Shown piece by piece: positions 1-9,816 of a stretch of DNA of 64,000 nt (positions within the stretch are counted from its first letter, which is position 1; each line of letters opens with the position of its first letter). The notes beneath the pieces are model-generated. The model was not told the origin of the DNA. It worked only from the letters and a program-made list of their open reading frames with translations, and made no database searches. A program made the position numbers and the translations under genes. Source of the DNA: Candidatus Poribacteria bacterium (GTDB lineage: Bacteria; Poribacteria; WGA-4E; UBA9662); assembly GCA_036339735.1 (NCBI GenBank), contig JAYZAL010000088.1:56286-120285 (forward strand), written 5' to 3'.

Positions 1-1531
1 TAGTCTTGTTCTTTTGAGCTTGTAAAATTTCATCAAGTCGTTTTTGATAATGTATATTATCAGGAGATTTTGATAATGCTTGTCGAATGGTGGCTTCAGC
101 CAGGTGCAACTTGTCTTGACGCAAGTAAACCAGAGCTAGAGTTGCTAATTCTGGTGATGATGGGTTGAGTTTGACTGCTTTTTGTGCAAATTTTTCAGCA
201 TTAACCAAATAAGTTCCAGTTTCAGCGTAGATTTGGGCAATATATAGATAAGGGCGAGAATCGTTTCTCCCACCTTTTATGGCTGTTTGAAAAGCCACTA
301 AAGCTTCATTGGTTTGTCCATTTTCGATACGCAATTGACCAAGCGTTATCATGACATCAGGCCCACAATCACCAAGCTTTACAATCTGTTCATAAACGGA
401 GAGTGCTAAATCAGAATTGCCTTCAGCCAAATGAACTTCGGCCAATCCATGATAAGCTAAAGTTAAACTAGGAGACAATCGAATAGCTTTTTGTAGTAAC
501 TGCTTAGCTTCTTCAAAACGTTGTTGTTTTGTGTAAATCCAACCCAATCTCAGATGTGTTTCCAAAGATTCTGGGCGTAATTGGATGAGACGATCAAAAG
601 CTGAAATAGCAGTCTCAAAATCTCCCATCTGCATATAAATACGACCTAATTGATCCCAAGCCTCACCTATTTCGGGTTGTTCTAATGTAATCATTCTATA
701 GTCGTTCAGGCTAGCTGTCAAATTTTGGTTACGATAATGTAGTTCGGCTATTTCTAGGCGAATTTGGACGTTAGTCGGCTCATCAACTAACATCATTTGT
801 AAATCATGGATTTGGTCAAAGTATTTTTTCAGCGTTTTAAATTGTTTCTGATGATGATTGGCTAACTCACGATTATCTATTTGCTGATAGACTTTTATTA
901 AACCAAAGTGTGGTCGATGATCAAAGGGGTCTAGATCGATCATTTTTTTGAAGTGCTCAATAGCTTTCTGCGTCCGATTTTGTATAAGGGCAATATGACC
1001 CAGTTCTTGATAAGCATCGGAGAAAGTAGAATTTTGTTGGATAGATTGAATGAAAGCGGAGCGAGCATCATCCAATTGTCTCCAAAAGAGATAGACTTTC
1101 CCTATATAGTAATGCGATTCAGCTAAATTAGGCAGAGTTTTTGTGGCTGATTTAGCCTGTTGAAACGCTAAGTCGAGCTGACCTAACTGAAGATAAATTT
1201 CAGCTAACATTACGTGTGTCTGATTAGAAATTAACTCAGTTGGACTAAGATCGAATATTGGGCTTAAAATCTCTGACGCCTTGTGGTAACGGCGCTGCCG
1301 ACGATAACAATCACCCAAATAATAGCGGATCAGAAAGGAAGACGGATTTTTTCTAAGAAGAGGGGACAAGACTCCGATTGCTAAAGGATATGACTCTTGC
1401 TCTATATAGCCAATTGCCAGCTCTAGCTGATGCTTATCGGATGTTGCTGCTGAAAAAAGGAGATTGGAGATTAAGCAGAGTCCAAAAGTCAGACTAAATA
1501 ACTTAGCCGGTGTAGAACCTATACGTTCCAT
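1..1531 (-). CDS. TPR repeat protein with N-terminal signal-like segment (partial; C-terminus lies beyond window start)
   Basis: Minus-strand ATG at 1531-1529 gives MERIGSTPAKLFSLTFGLCLISNLL... followed by repeated TPR-like 34-aa motifs (A/Y/L-rich helices) along the whole 1.5 kb. The ORF runs off the window edge, which is probably why it is absent from the ORF track. It overlaps the stop of the neighbouring gene by 13 nt. Confidence 0.6.
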   Translation of the reverse strand, partial: MERIGSTPAKLFSLTFGLCLISNLLFSAATSDKHQLELAIGYIEQESYPLAIGVLSPLLRKNPSSFLIRYYLGDCYRRQRRYHKASEILSPIFDLSPTELISNQTHVMLAEIYLQLGQLDLAFQQAKSATKTLPNLAESHYYIGKVYLFWRQLDDARSAFIQSIQQNSTFSDAYQELGHIALIQNRTQKAIEHFKKMIDLDPFDHRPHFGLIKVYQQIDNRELANHHQKQFKTLKKYFDQIHDLQMMLVDEPTNVQIRLEIAELHYRNQNLTASLNDYRMITLEQPEIGEAWDQLGRIYMQMGDFETAISAFDRLIQLRPESLETHLRLGWIYTKQQRFEEAKQLLQKAIRLSPSLTLAYHGLAEVHLAEGNSDLALSVYEQIVKLGDCGPDVMITLGQLRIENGQTNEALVAFQTAIKGGRNDSRPYLYIAQIYAETGTYLVNAEKFAQKAVKLNPSSPELATLALVYLRQDKLHLAEATIRQALSKSPDNIHYQKRLDEILQAQKNKT

Positions 1532-2403
1532 TTTTGACGAGCTTGGTGCATAGGGACAGTTTCGCCTTTTTGCCAAGCATAATGACCAATTGGTTCCGAT
1601 CCAACCCAGCGTTCGTCAACCGGTTCATTAGCTGGTTGATAACGTGTATCAGCCGTTAGACGGAAGCGATTAGTTGTATTATCTAATGAGGCATGCATAG
1701 TAAACATACCAAATATTAGAACATCACCAACTTGAAAATTAGTTGTCTGCCACTGTCCACCATATTTATCAATCAATTCGAAAGGGTCGTTTGAAAATGA
1801 ACCAGTAACATGATCTCGGTCCACGTCCATTTGTCCGTATGTTTCTTTGATTATATCAAAACGATGTGAACCCACCAAGATTGCCAGTGGACCTAGCTCT
1901 ATTGGAATATCACCTATGGGCGTCCAACAAGTCAAAACATTATCTGTTCCACGACCCATATAGACAATATCATAATGTGCTCCAGTGAACCCTTTTGGTG
2001 GAACAACCCTTAACCATTTATAATCATAAGTCAAAGCAGTTGTTCCGAAAAATTGGTCAAAAAAATTCATAATCTGTGGGGATTCGACTAAATCTAAAAA
2101 ATTATCATCTCTTGTCATCTCTTTATGACCACCGAAGAAACCACCCCGATGACTGGTTTTTGCCACACCATTCAATAAGGGGAAATCAGTATCAATTTGT
2201 CCTTGAATTGAAAGTTGATTTATCAGGTGCTGTCGAGCGGTCTCCACCAAATTGGCTGGTTGCAGTTTGCGAATCAGTAAATATCCATCTTCTTTGAATC
2301 TCTGATGCAAAGCACTCACTGAATCTAAGATGTCGTTTGATTCTCTTAACCAGCCTAGATATTTCCCACCTAACGTCATTTGGAATTGGTTCATGGTAAC
2401 CAT
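1519..2403 (-). CDS. phytanoyl-CoA dioxygenase (PhyH) family Fe(II)/2-oxoglutarate dioxygenase
   Basis: 294 aa. HxD facial-triad-like motif (GAHYDIVY) plus a distal His (FTMHASLDN) in a PhyH-like double-stranded beta-helix layout. Confidence 0.6.
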   Translation of the reverse strand: MVTMNQFQMTLGGKYLGWLRESNDILDSVSALHQRFKEDGYLLIRKLQPANLVETARQHLINQLSIQGQIDTDFPLLNGVAKTSHRGGFFGGHKEMTRDDNFLDLVESPQIMNFFDQFFGTTALTYDYKWLRVVPPKGFTGAHYDIVYMGRGTDNVLTCWTPIGDIPIELGPLAILVGSHRFDIIKETYGQMDVDRDHVTGSFSNDPFELIDKYGGQWQTTNFQVGDVLIFGMFTMHASLDNTTNRFRLTADTRYQPANEPVDERWVGSEPIGHYAWQKGETVPMHQARQKWNV

Positions 2404-2487
2404 TTATGACTTCTCCTAGATAACAACGTTCTATACAAAAAATTGATGTCGGTTGAAAACAATCATACACTGAATATACTACGGTCT

Positions 2488-3336
2488 TCAACTCACAATG
2501 TTAGTTGTCTCTATTGAGGGCCAAGACCAAATCCTTAGCGCAGTACGCCCTAAAACCCAGGTGAGTTCATCAGCAGTGAAAAATGGCATTTCATTTCTTA
2601 CCACTGACAACGTCTCCGTATAGCTTGCTTTATCAAGACAAACTGGCCAATCCGTTCCCCACATGATTCGATTCGCCCCAAACGATTGATGAACAGATTC
2701 TACAAGGTCGTAAGTATCAACCCACGGGTATTGCTTATGTGAAATAGACCAAGTATGGCTAATTTTGATAAAAACGCGTGGGTAACGGGCTAAATCAATT
2801 AGAAGTTGGCGCTGATTTCTATCATTAATTGGACAGTCTGCCATGTGATCGACAACCACATCCACATCATTATATTGATCTAAAATGTTAGTCAAATCAG
2901 GAAGTCGTTTCGGTTTAGTCAAGACCAGAATAGGAATATTGTGTTTCTCAGCTCTATTAAAAATCGGTCCCATCAAATCTGGTCGAGAAAACCAATCACC
3001 CGAGGAGTCTATTGATGGGCTTAACCGCATTCCTTGCAAACCATGTTCTTCGACCCAGTAACTTAGATGGTCAGCAGCAGATGGGTCTTCAGGGTTAATT
3101 CTTCCTACTCCCACAAATTTGTGAGGGTATTTCCTAACGGTATGAGATACGAAACTGTTATCCCAACGGTAGTGAATAACTTGGACCAAAACTGTTTTTT
3201 CCACGCCGTTTTTATTCATTAGGTCGAGCAACATTTCTGGTGTTGCGTCATCTTTGGGTGGGTTAATCGTCTCTTTAGCCCATGGAAATTTAGGATCATT
3301 TTTCCAAACGTGAACATGAGGGTCAATTATTCTCAC
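2488..3336 (-). CDS. amidohydrolase_2 family metal-dependent hydrolase (TIM-barrel)
   Basis: 282 aa. N-terminal IDPHVHVW metal-binding signature and C-terminal MWGTDWP motif typical of PF04909. Confidence 0.65.
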   Translation of the reverse strand: MRIIDPHVHVWKNDPKFPWAKETINPPKDDATPEMLLDLMNKNGVEKTVLVQVIHYRWDNSFVSHTVRKYPHKFVGVGRINPEDPSAADHLSYWVEEHGLQGMRLSPSIDSSGDWFSRPDLMGPIFNRAEKHNIPILVLTKPKRLPDLTNILDQYNDVDVVVDHMADCPINDRNQRQLLIDLARYPRVFIKISHTWSISHKQYPWVDTYDLVESVHQSFGANRIMWGTDWPVCLDKASYTETLSVVRNEMPFFTADELTWVLGRTALRIWSWPSIETTNIVS

Positions 3337-3715
3337 AGGAAGTTTCCTCTTTTTAAATTTTGGACGATTTCTATAAATAGATTTTCAGCAAGAGAAAACA
3401 AATATCCAGCAACCACAGGGTACCTCTTCACAACTATCTTAGTAATCGTCCGATCAGTTGGTTTACTTCATAAGTACTTTAATCTATCTTGTATCGAGAA
3501 TAAAACCGTAAACGCATGACTGAGTGTTTACTCTTACCTAAGGCTTTCTGGTTTCACGAAGAAGGATAAAAAGACAATCTATCATTCGTTTTCATTTGGA
3601 CTAACGTCGACTGAATCGATTTGATTATCGAGGAATTGCGATTTTGTAATTCTTCACTTTTACGACCGAACGAAAATAACTTAACTGATTATAAATCAAT
3701 ATATTCAGGTGGTGT

Positions 3716-6118
3716 CTATCCTAGAAGCGATTGTTCTAAGACCTGATCAATATGCTTAACAAAAACAAACTTAAGACCACGCTGTGCTTCTTTTGGAATC
3801 TCTGATAAATCTTTTCGATTCTTTTCTGGGGCAATAACTGTTTTGATACCAGCTTGTTTGGCCGCTAACACTTTCTCCTTGAGGCCACCAATCGGTAAGA
3901 CTCGGCCTCGTAACGAAATCTCTCCAGTCATCGCAACCTCATTGGAAACAACCTGATTGGTAGCTAGGGAAGCCAAAGCTGTTGCAATGGTTATACCCGC
4001 AGAAGGACCATCTTTAGGTGTAGCTCCAGCTGGTACATGCAAATGAAAATCGTTTTTTTTGAAAAAATCAGTGTCAATCAACAAGTCTTCAGCCTGTGAT
4101 TTGACATAACTCAGTGCGGCTTGCGCTGACTCTTGCATTACACTTCCAAGCTGACCCGTAACAGTCATTTTACCTTCTCCTTTCATTCGTGTACACTCTA
4201 CAAAGAGAACTTCACCTCCATATGGAGTTACAGATAGACCTGTAACTACACCAATATCACCTTCGCGTTCAGCTACTTCCGATTGAAATTTAATTGGACC
4301 TAAATACGTCTCGATTTTAGAAGCGGAAACATCAATCCGTCGTTTTCGTCCTTGAGCAAACTGGCGGGCTACTTTGCGACAGACAGTCCCCAATTCTCGC
4401 TCCAGGTTTCGTAACCCAGCTTCTCGAGTATAACTACTGATCACTTCTTCTATGGCAGGGTCTTCAAACTGAAGATTTTTGGCCGAAATCCCATTGGCGT
4501 CCAGTTGGCGCGGTACTAGATACTGTTTGGCTATCATCAGTTTTTCTTTTTGAGTATATCCAAGTAATTGCAGAATCTCCATCCGATCCTTTAAAGGCGG
4601 TGGAATAGTATCGAGCTGGTTAGCTGTAGCAATGAACATTACTTTAGAAAGATCAAATGGAACATCAAGGTAATTATCAGCAAAATTATGATTCTGTTCA
4701 GGATCCAATACTTCCAAGAGTGCAGATGCTGGATCTCCCCGAAAATCAGAACTCATTTTATCAAGTTCGTCCAGCATGAAAATCGGATTCTTTGATTCTG
4801 CTTGCCTTAGGCTTTTGATAATTCGACCCGGCATTGAACCAATATAAGTTCTTCGATGTCCACGGATTTCAGCTTCATCATGAACACCACCCAGAGATAT
4901 ACGAACGAACTCTCGTCCCATTGAACGAGCAATCGACCGACCTAAGGACGTCTTACCAACTCCTGGTGGGCCAACAAAACATAGAATTGGGCCTTTCATA
5001 TCTGACTTCAAAGACCGAACAGCTAGATATTCCAGAATTCGGTCTTTGACCTTAGTCAAATTGTAATGATCTTCGTCTAAAATCTGTTGAGCTCGGTCGA
5101 GGTCCAAGTTATCTTTTGTTTCGTGTTCCCAAGGTAAATTAACCATCCAGTCTAGATAGTTTCGACAAACAGTGGCTTCTGGAGAGAATGACTGCATCTG
5201 AGATAAACGTTTTAGCTCTCGCTCAGCTGATTTTAGCGCTTTTTCCGGCATTTCCATTTGCTGTAGTTTATCTCGATATTCTTCAATTTCAGCAGATAAA
5301 TCTTCGGTATCACCTAATTCTTTTTGAATGGCTCGTATTTGCTCTCGCAAGAAATATTCCTTCTGAGACTGATTGATTTCAGCTTCAGCGTCGGACTGGA
5401 TTTTACTCTCTAATTCAACTAAATTCAGTTCCTTGGTTAACATTTTAACCAAGTTTTCCAGTCTTTCCTCGACAGTAACATTTTCGAGCAGTTGCTGCTT
5501 ATCTTCTGTTTTTAAGCTTATGATAGAAGCAATGTAGTCAGCAAGCCGCCCAGGATGATCAATATTATCGGCAATAATGGCAAATTCTTCTTGATAACGA
5601 GAAGAAATAGTTACTATTTGGCTAAATAGATCATTTGCGCTTCTTACCAAGGCTTCAGACTCCATATCACCAAATTTTTCCGAAATCTCATCTTCTAACA
5701 GGGAGACTTCGGCCTTCATGAAGGGGGCTGTATGTAATACTTCATTAATTTCGACCCGAGCTTTGCCTTGAGCCAAAAAGAGAACACTATCGCCATCCTT
5801 TTTATAACGTACAATATGAACCAGTGTTCCGACAGGGCTTAGATCATCAGCAGTTAATTGTTTTGGGTCTTTTTCAATGCTTTGGCGAAACAAACAAAGA
5901 AACCTTTGTTCATTTACCATCGCATATTCAACTGCAGACGACACATTTTCACCTGACAACGCTACATGGTGAGGTGAAAATGGTGGGACTGGGGGCATGA
6001 AGGGGTAAACAACTAAATCTCCTAATACTGGAATAATAGGCAGCTCGTTGCTGATATCAAAGCGAGCTATACCTTCTGATTCTTCGTTTTCCAATGGATT
6101 TTGGTCACTCATCTTCAT
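3716..6118 (-). CDS. lon: ATP-dependent Lon protease (La)
   Basis: 800 aa. LON N-domain, Walker A GPPGVGKTS, and a C-terminal protease domain with PKDGPSAGIT (catalytic Ser) and the lysine region. Confidence 0.95.
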   Translation of the reverse strand: MKMSDQNPLENEESEGIARFDISNELPIIPVLGDLVVYPFMPPVPPFSPHHVALSGENVSSAVEYAMVNEQRFLCLFRQSIEKDPKQLTADDLSPVGTLVHIVRYKKDGDSVLFLAQGKARVEINEVLHTAPFMKAEVSLLEDEISEKFGDMESEALVRSANDLFSQIVTISSRYQEEFAIIADNIDHPGRLADYIASIISLKTEDKQQLLENVTVEERLENLVKMLTKELNLVELESKIQSDAEAEINQSQKEYFLREQIRAIQKELGDTEDLSAEIEEYRDKLQQMEMPEKALKSAERELKRLSQMQSFSPEATVCRNYLDWMVNLPWEHETKDNLDLDRAQQILDEDHYNLTKVKDRILEYLAVRSLKSDMKGPILCFVGPPGVGKTSLGRSIARSMGREFVRISLGGVHDEAEIRGHRRTYIGSMPGRIIKSLRQAESKNPIFMLDELDKMSSDFRGDPASALLEVLDPEQNHNFADNYLDVPFDLSKVMFIATANQLDTIPPPLKDRMEILQLLGYTQKEKLMIAKQYLVPRQLDANGISAKNLQFEDPAIEEVISSYTREAGLRNLERELGTVCRKVARQFAQGRKRRIDVSASKIETYLGPIKFQSEVAEREGDIGVVTGLSVTPYGGEVLFVECTRMKGEGKMTVTGQLGSVMQESAQAALSYVKSQAEDLLIDTDFFKKNDFHLHVPAGATPKDGPSAGITIATALASLATNQVVSNEVAMTGEISLRGRVLPIGGLKEKVLAAKQAGIKTVIAPEKNRKDLSEIPKEAQRGLKFVFVKHIDQVLEQSLLG

Positions 6119-6695
6119 CCTCCTGACGGTTCACTTGAATACCAATCGGTTGTCGTCCAGTTATCATATTTGCTTCAGCCTCGCTATCTAGATTTTGATT
6201 AGTCTTAACTTCAACTACAATCTCCTTAGATTTTCGTTCTTTTTTGGGTATTTTAATTTCCAGAAATCCATTGTCATAACTAGCGGTTGGTGTAACTTCT
6301 TCTACATGAACATTAGGTAAAACTACTCTCCGTTCAAAATGGCCATAGCTTAATCCAGCTTGGTGATAGTGTTGTTTCTTTAGCTCAGTTTTATCTTGAC
6401 GAAAACCACGTATGACCAAGTTATTTTCCTCTAGGCGAATTTTGACGTCATTCTCAGGATCAATTCCAGCGACTTCTAGCTTAACGATAAAACTATCTAC
6501 GGTCTCGTAAATATCCATTGGTGGTCGCCACAAGTCGGTCTCGACATTGGAAGAGGAGAAAGCATCAAATAGTCGCTCAGCCTCACCTTGCATTTCAATT
6601 TTCATTTCAAAAAATTGGTCAATCAGTTCTTTGGAAAACTTCATGCTAATTTTACTCCTGTCGCTGTTGATTTCTCGATTAATGTCTATTTTCAT
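6105..6695 (-). CDS. Hsp20/alpha-crystallin family small heat-shock protein
   Basis: Alpha-crystallin domain motifs (PMDIYET, VKLEVAGI, GFLEIKIPK) and an acidic C-terminal tail. Overlaps the lon start by 14 nt, suggesting translational coupling. The true start may be the internal Met at 6644 (MKFSKEL...). Confidence 0.8.
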   Translation of the reverse strand: MKIDINREINSDRSKISMKFSKELIDQFFEMKIEMQGEAERLFDAFSSSNVETDLWRPPMDIYETVDSFIVKLEVAGIDPENDVKIRLEENNLVIRGFRQDKTELKKQHYHQAGLSYGHFERRVVLPNVHVEEVTPTASYDNGFLEIKIPKKERKSKEIVVEVKTNQNLDSEAEANMITGRQPIGIQVNRQEDEDE

Positions 6696-6737
6696 GTAGT
6701 TAAGTTACTTTTATTGGTTCATATTGTATCGACATCA

Positions 6738-8690
6738 TTAAGGCCAAAATTGATAGAGTGGGGTATTAGTAATGATACTAGCAATGCTCCAAATGCTCCC
6801 GAGGATGTAATCGCCTAGTGCTAAGCCTAGAAAAAACGGAATGGCACGGCGGTAAGACTGTAGACCGCCTTGTTTTAATATCACAGCTTTTAAAAACCAA
6901 GCAACAAATAAACAACACCATAAATTTGCCATCCCCCAGCTATTTGCCATAGCGTAACCAAGAGGGTGGAGAGGCCACCACAAAAACTTAGTTCGAATCA
7001 ACATCATCAAGGTCGTTATTATTACGCCTACTCCCATAAATGCTAAGCCAGGAATATCAACCTCGCGAGGAAATGTTAACCAGCCTTCTAGTTGTCGATA
7101 AACACCTCTTCCGAACCCGAGTGCCCAAGTTTCATAATAACCTGATTCTGCCCCATGGCGATAGTAGCTGTCAAGTAATAGCCAGAATACTACTATTGCA
7201 CCAACTAAAGTAGCCATCAAAATGGAAATCACTATTTGCTTTGAAGGAATCGACCGAGTTTGTGAAATCTTAAATGCTTCCAACATTTGCGGCATTGGAT
7301 GGGCTCGGTAGGCTCGATTAAAAAACATATATAAGGAAAATCCAATGAGGCTACCTGTTCCTATCCGCTGAGTACCGAAAGCCGTCACTAAAATACTATG
7401 TGGATCTATCCTGTGCAAGTCATGTACCAAGAAACCGAGTTCAGCTCTCACACGTGCTATCATAATAGCCAACAAAAAGTAAATCGTAAAAAATAGTAAA
7501 ATTACCCAAGGAGACATACCAATCTGGTAGGAAAAAACACTTAAAAAAGAACAGCCAAAGACAATACCTAGAAAGGCAAATCGGTAGTAAGTGAATTCTC
7601 TAACATCTTCGATTATAGGTTTTAAACCATACTTTATTCCTAAAAGAGACAATAGGTAACGCATGAGAGATTTAAAATGTCCTCTACCGGCCCATAAAGC
7701 AAAGCATAATAAGCCTATGTAAGCACCAAAAGCCTGCTCATTATCGTAAGGGAAACGAGGTATACCACGAAACCCAACTATTTTGCCTACCATCAATTCG
7801 ATCTTGAAAAGAGCATAAAAAAACCAACAAGAAAAAAGTAAATCAAGCGGTATTAAGAAGGCGATACCAATAGCAAATGGGTAAAAGGCAATCTTTACTC
7901 CACCCATCGCATTCCAAGGTCGGGCAGTGAAATAGTGTTGAATAGACTGACGTTTGACCGGTAAATATGGGACTTCAGGGTAAATCGAATTCATCAAATT
8001 CAGAATGCTAATTCCTGCTGCTAAACCGAAACCGAACCAAACTATCCTTCGATGAAAAAATCTGGAATCTGGATTTACCATTTCGAGCGGTAACTGAATG
8101 ATCGGATAAGTTAACCGCTCTCGTTCAGTCCATTGTAATCTCAACAAAATGTTTAGGCAGAGCATGACAATCATTAACACAAGGATAAAAGCAATCCACC
8201 AAACCGCGGGTTTCAGCCATGCATAAATATGATCTTGGGTATAGAGAGTAGAACCTCCTTCGTAATAATGGCGAAGTGCTTTTTCGTCACTGACAGTAAG
8301 CCATTCTGGCAGTTGACGAAGGAATATCTCTCGCCACTCATTTTCTGGTGTGGCGAAACGAAATGGGTGTCCCAAAATCGTGATTAAAATCTCCATCATA
8401 TCGTGGGAACAGAGAGATGAAACCACACATAGCATCACGTAAATAGTTAAAACTTCGGCTTGTGTTAGAACTAGTAAGGAGGAAAGTTGATTCAAAAACA
8501 GACCAATCAAAAGCAACCAGAAAATTATAAAAATAACATTTGATAATGGGTGAATAAGAGTTGGGTGAGTGTATCGAACGACCTCCAACTGTATCAGCCA
8601 AAATACATTAATTGGAATTAAACAGAGAACAATTAGAAAGGATTTGACTGTTAGACCATTCTCGGAAGGTGGATTCACTGATGAATCCAT
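6738..8690 (-). CDS. uncharacterised polytopic membrane protein, paralog 1 of 3 (about 14 predicted TM segments)
   Basis: 650 aa, highly hydrophobic. Shares the conserved motifs FATPENEW...LP.WLTV, RPWNAMG, HPMP.MLE.FKI, WWP.HP.GY and a C-terminal LGDY..GS.WS with the ORFs at 39367..41241 and 50934..52868. Confidence 0.5.
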   Translation of the reverse strand: MDSSVNPPSENGLTVKSFLIVLCLIPINVFWLIQLEVVRYTHPTLIHPLSNVIFIIFWLLLIGLFLNQLSSLLVLTQAEVLTIYVMLCVVSSLCSHDMMEILITILGHPFRFATPENEWREIFLRQLPEWLTVSDEKALRHYYEGGSTLYTQDHIYAWLKPAVWWIAFILVLMIVMLCLNILLRLQWTERERLTYPIIQLPLEMVNPDSRFFHRRIVWFGFGLAAGISILNLMNSIYPEVPYLPVKRQSIQHYFTARPWNAMGGVKIAFYPFAIGIAFLIPLDLLFSCWFFYALFKIELMVGKIVGFRGIPRFPYDNEQAFGAYIGLLCFALWAGRGHFKSLMRYLLSLLGIKYGLKPIIEDVREFTYYRFAFLGIVFGCSFLSVFSYQIGMSPWVILLFFTIYFLLAIMIARVRAELGFLVHDLHRIDPHSILVTAFGTQRIGTGSLIGFSLYMFFNRAYRAHPMPQMLEAFKISQTRSIPSKQIVISILMATLVGAIVVFWLLLDSYYRHGAESGYYETWALGFGRGVYRQLEGWLTFPREVDIPGLAFMGVGVIITTLMMLIRTKFLWWPLHPLGYAMANSWGMANLWCCLFVAWFLKAVILKQGGLQSYRRAIPFFLGLALGDYILGSIWSIASIITNTPLYQFWP

Positions 8691-9811
8691 CCCCGTCCAG
8701 ATTCGATCTGGACGTCTGTGTTTAAACCTTCACACAATTTCTGATATTTTTGGAGTGTAGATGTAGCCTGTTGTCCTTCTGAAATCTGAGGTTGGTATTT
8801 CACCTTTGGGTTTCCGACCCAGACAGGAACTAACTCTATATGCTTAAATTGTCGTTTTTGAAAAACAACTTTTGGTATAACAATTTGGCTGTGTTGCTTG
8901 TCGTATGTTTCGTATATGAGGTCAGCCAAGCTATAAATTATCGGCTTGCCTTCAAATATTTGGATTCCTTGTAGAGTATGTAGGCGTTGAGATAGAACCA
9001 AATCAGCACCTGCAGAGATTAGTGATTGCGCAAAAAACTGCTGCCTTTGGCTGACGATCTCACTTTTTGATTCTTTTCCCCAATGCATCATCACCACCAA
9101 CAAGTCAGCTTGATTCGCCATTTCTTCAGTTCGTTTTATCATGTGAGTATAGAGTGCGCGTGCCACCTTAATCTGTCCATCTTGGCTGAAAGCACCCGCG
9201 TGATAGTAAGTAACAAAGGCAACTTGGACTACTTGACCATTTTTTTGTAGGTTGAACCTGGCAGGTTGTTGTGCTGCATAATCGGAAAGCCCAACACCAA
9301 TTGTCTTAACTCCCATGCGAGTTAAGTGCTGGATAGTATCTTCAACGGCTACTGGACCAAAATCATGCAGGTTGGGGGTTGACAGCGATATCAGGTCCCA
9401 TCCAGCTTGGGCGATAGACGTTGATAGACCAGGTATCGCACGAAAAGACTGTTTTCCTTTCACTTTAGAAAGAGATTGATACTGTGGCTCACCATTTTCA
9501 GAGATACTGGTATTAAGTGTAGCTAACGCAATATCAGCTCCTTGAACCTCGCCCTTAATTAGTTTAAATAGAACATCTAAACCTTGTCGGCGTAGGATAG
9601 GAGTTAATCGACTACCAACTGTAATATCACCACCAACGAGTATTGAAACTTGATCGTTATTCGGATCAGCTTCAGCTAATCCAGTCAGATTGAACCCAAC
9701 AATAAGAAAAGTTATAGGAAGAATAAATCGACGGAGGCTGACCAATAATGAGGGGATTCGACGACATAGAGACATCGTCGCTTCCAGATTCTGGTGAAAA
9801 ATTCTTTTCAT
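8675..9811 (-). CDS. CapA/PGA_cap family metallophosphatase-like protein (poly-gamma-glutamate capsule synthesis-like)
   Basis: 378 aa. Signal peptide from the alternative start at 9775 (MSLCRRIPSLLVSL...), then VGGDITVG, NTSISENG and MMHWGKES (HWGxE) motifs typical of the CapA family. Confidence 0.65.
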   Translation of the reverse strand: MKRIFHQNLEATMSLCRRIPSLLVSLRRFILPITFLIVGFNLTGLAEADPNNDQVSILVGGDITVGSRLTPILRRQGLDVLFKLIKGEVQGADIALATLNTSISENGEPQYQSLSKVKGKQSFRAIPGLSTSIAQAGWDLISLSTPNLHDFGPVAVEDTIQHLTRMGVKTIGVGLSDYAAQQPARFNLQKNGQVVQVAFVTYYHAGAFSQDGQIKVARALYTHMIKRTEEMANQADLLVVMMHWGKESKSEIVSQRQQFFAQSLISAGADLVLSQRLHTLQGIQIFEGKPIIYSLADLIYETYDKQHSQIVIPKVVFQKRQFKHIELVPVWVGNPKVKYQPQISEGQQATSTLQKYQKLCEGLNTDVQIESGRGWIHQ

Positions 9812-9816
9812 CCAGT

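Noticed and set aside
2076-2491. ORFs 2076..2297 (+) and 2192..2491 (-) overlapping the PhyH gene
   Set aside because: Both are embedded in or antisense to a strongly supported CDS. They have no motifs and an atypical composition, so they are shadow ORFs.
3310-3519. 69-aa ORF in the lon downstream spacer
   Set aside because: It is short, has a hydrophobic low-complexity translation with no start context or homology signal, and sits in an AT-rich spacer.
4834-5376. Two plus-strand ORFs inside lon
   Set aside because: They are antisense shadows of the Lon coding sequence.
8338-8760. ORFs 8338..8601 (-) and 8569..8760 (+) inside or overlapping membrane paralog 1
   Set aside because: One is an alternative frame and the other is antisense to a long, motif-supported CDS. 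Neither shows a membrane-protein signature.
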